In this document: one piece after another, positions 62,120 to 64,000 of the stretch | How the letters are laid out: each line of letters begins with the position of its first letter | Position numbering within the stretch: the first letter of the stretch is position 1 | NCBI GenBank assembly: GCA_038087875.1 | Contig: CM075988.1 | Span: 27,840,001-27,904,000, forward strand | From: Malacoraja senta | Lineage: Eukaryota | Direction: 5' to 3' | DNA: 64,000 nucleotides | Position numbers and translations under genes: made by a program | Notes under the pieces: model-generated | What the model was told of the DNA's origin: nothing | What the model saw: the letters and a program-made list of their open reading frames with translations, nothing else | Databases searched by the model: none

Positions 62120-63859
62120 CTCTAAGGCCCTTTTAGATGAATATATTGCACCATTTTCACATGTTTTATGCAGTACCATCAAAAATATCTTCGCAAGCAT
62201 TCAGAGCTTAAAACCAGATTGTATTTTAATAAATGGCTTGATAAATCTAAGTGTATCAAGATGATTTGCTCCCGTTTAAATGTGAGTACCCTACAGAAGT
62301 TTGAAATTTTCGAGTTTCTGAAGGTTATCATATTAGTGTCAGATGGAGATTTGTGCAAATAGAACTTTCCTGTTTGACCTCTACAACTAATAGAGTATCC
62401 TATAGTTCACCGTTGATGTCTGATATTGTGCCTGGGTAGGAAGACTCCAATGAATTGTTTGTAAAATAAACATTTGGTAAGATGAGGTATTTTCTATGAG
62501 ATGTTGTTTCCTGTCTGATTTGTTTTAATTTTAAGAAACCAGCTGATTCCATTTCCACATCATTTTGAATTTAATTGAATAAGTTTTATAGGTGTTTTGG
62601 TATCAAAATTAAATGGAATAATTGAACAAGCAAACATAATCTCCACTTAACAAAAAATGAGAACCACTTGAAGAATGCCTGTCTGAATACTCCAGCTTTG
62701 AATCTACAGACTATTTGTTGTCATGGAGACAATTCCTGGGGCAATTGCTTTGAATGGTGTCAGTAAACAGGAAGCTAGGCCTTGCTCCGCAATCATTCTA
62801 TTACAGGAAAGCATTGATAAAAGTTCCATTATGCAATGGGAAATGAGCCCTTGAGAAAGAGAAGCTGAAAGATAAGTGGAAACGGAATGGTCTGAAGTAC
62901 AAAAGATTTGTAAATAGTTGAAGAAAATCTTGCAATAATATGCATTGAAAAGTATGATTATTTAAACTTCAACCCTGTTTTAACTTGCCATCTTGTAAAT
63001 CATGCTTACTTGAATATGAAAAAATTCTCATGTTAATTCTCCCTCAGTTGTGTTATAGTGAAATGCCTCTGGTAACGCAACTTACTCCTCAAGAGGAATT
63101 TGGGGATTTTTTATAAATCATCCACCTGTGTTTGCCAAATCATGACAGACATTTAAACCCAGTTCTTGAATTGATGTAAAGTGTAGCACCGCTGGAGTCC
63201 AGTGAATCAGAGGCACAGTTGTGCTGTTTTTGGTATCAATCAGAGGAAGGCAATTGGAGGTCATAAACGTTTTACAGGATCTAAGTCGTTCAGACGATTA
63301 GTCATGTGGTCTACATAATGACACTTTGCAGTGTGTCATTATGTGGTCTACATAATGACATGCAGCAATTAGGCCGAAGAATTTGTTGAACAATTATAAA
63401 ATCATTACAATCAATAGAGAAATGGAAAAAAAGTTGATATAATAGTTGAAAATTGTTCAGAATAAAAAGCATGTTGAATGTAGTTAAGCGCTTGTTCATA
63501 CTAGCGGCTGTTTATTTGTTGCAGCATTTAAGGCATAATTGGAGGTCCCATTCTTTGAGGCAATATTTTGGGTATACTCAGGAGAATTATCGTAATATTC
63601 TACACAATGTTTAACCTTCAACCAATATCATTGAAAACACTTTGTCCAATACTATCTGTGGGACAATGTTTTGTGCTTGCTGACCACCATGTGTTGTACA
63701 TTACAAAGTATGTTGTAAGTGAGCTTGGTAGCATCATTTTGCACTATATATTTCCTCAGTGTTCCCTAGAAGTTTTGCAAATACTATTCGATGAGAGTGT
63801 TAGCATGGGTAATGAACATTTATTTGATGTATACAGAGCAAGCAAACCAGGACCTCAGG

Positions 63860-63980
63860 GTACACAAAAATGCTGGAGAAACTCAGCGTGTGCAGCAGCA
63901 TCTATGGAGCGAAGGAAATAGGTAACGTTTCGGGCCGAAACCCTTCTTCAGACTGATAGGGGGTGGGGAGAAGAAAGGAG
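63860..63980 (-). mobile_element. Penelope pLTR with intact hammerhead motif (63924-63951)
   Basis: Reverse complement CUGAAGA-A-GGGU(UUCG)GCCC-GAAA-C-GUU; flanked by aaccaggacctca direct repeats. Confidence 0.8.
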
Positions 63981-64000
63981 AACCAGGACCTCAAACTGAT

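Overview
Eukaryotic, AT-rich, repeat-dense vertebrate DNA. The repeat inventory (HE1-type V-SINEs, HER1/CR1 LINEs, Penelope, Rex1/Babar, fish-type Tc1) points to a cartilaginous fish, probably a skate or ray (inference). The window is almost entirely intron of a plus-strand gene. The only host coding exon I can support is a 78-bp phase-2/phase-2 exon at 18124-18201 (SQQSSLQSSHDDDSSRYLTPYIREE), which resembles the N-terminal exon of long GRAMD1B/Aster-B isoforms. The other ORFs in the track are transposon remnants or chance ORFs. The notable structure is in the mobile DNA: (1) many Penelope pseudo-LTR copies carry a minimal hammerhead ribozyme motif, some arranged as two-armed palindromes; (2) a 4.8-kb CAGGG-ended element with apparent cargo splits a SINE; (3) a Passport-like Tc1 is about two lesions from an open transposase ORF; (4) a Harbinger>Penelope>L1 nest contains a twin-primed 5' inversion; (5) several locally templated duplications are present. 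No prokaryote-type system, CRISPR, rRNA or true tRNA gene is evident. Family names come from my recall of motifs, not from database searches.
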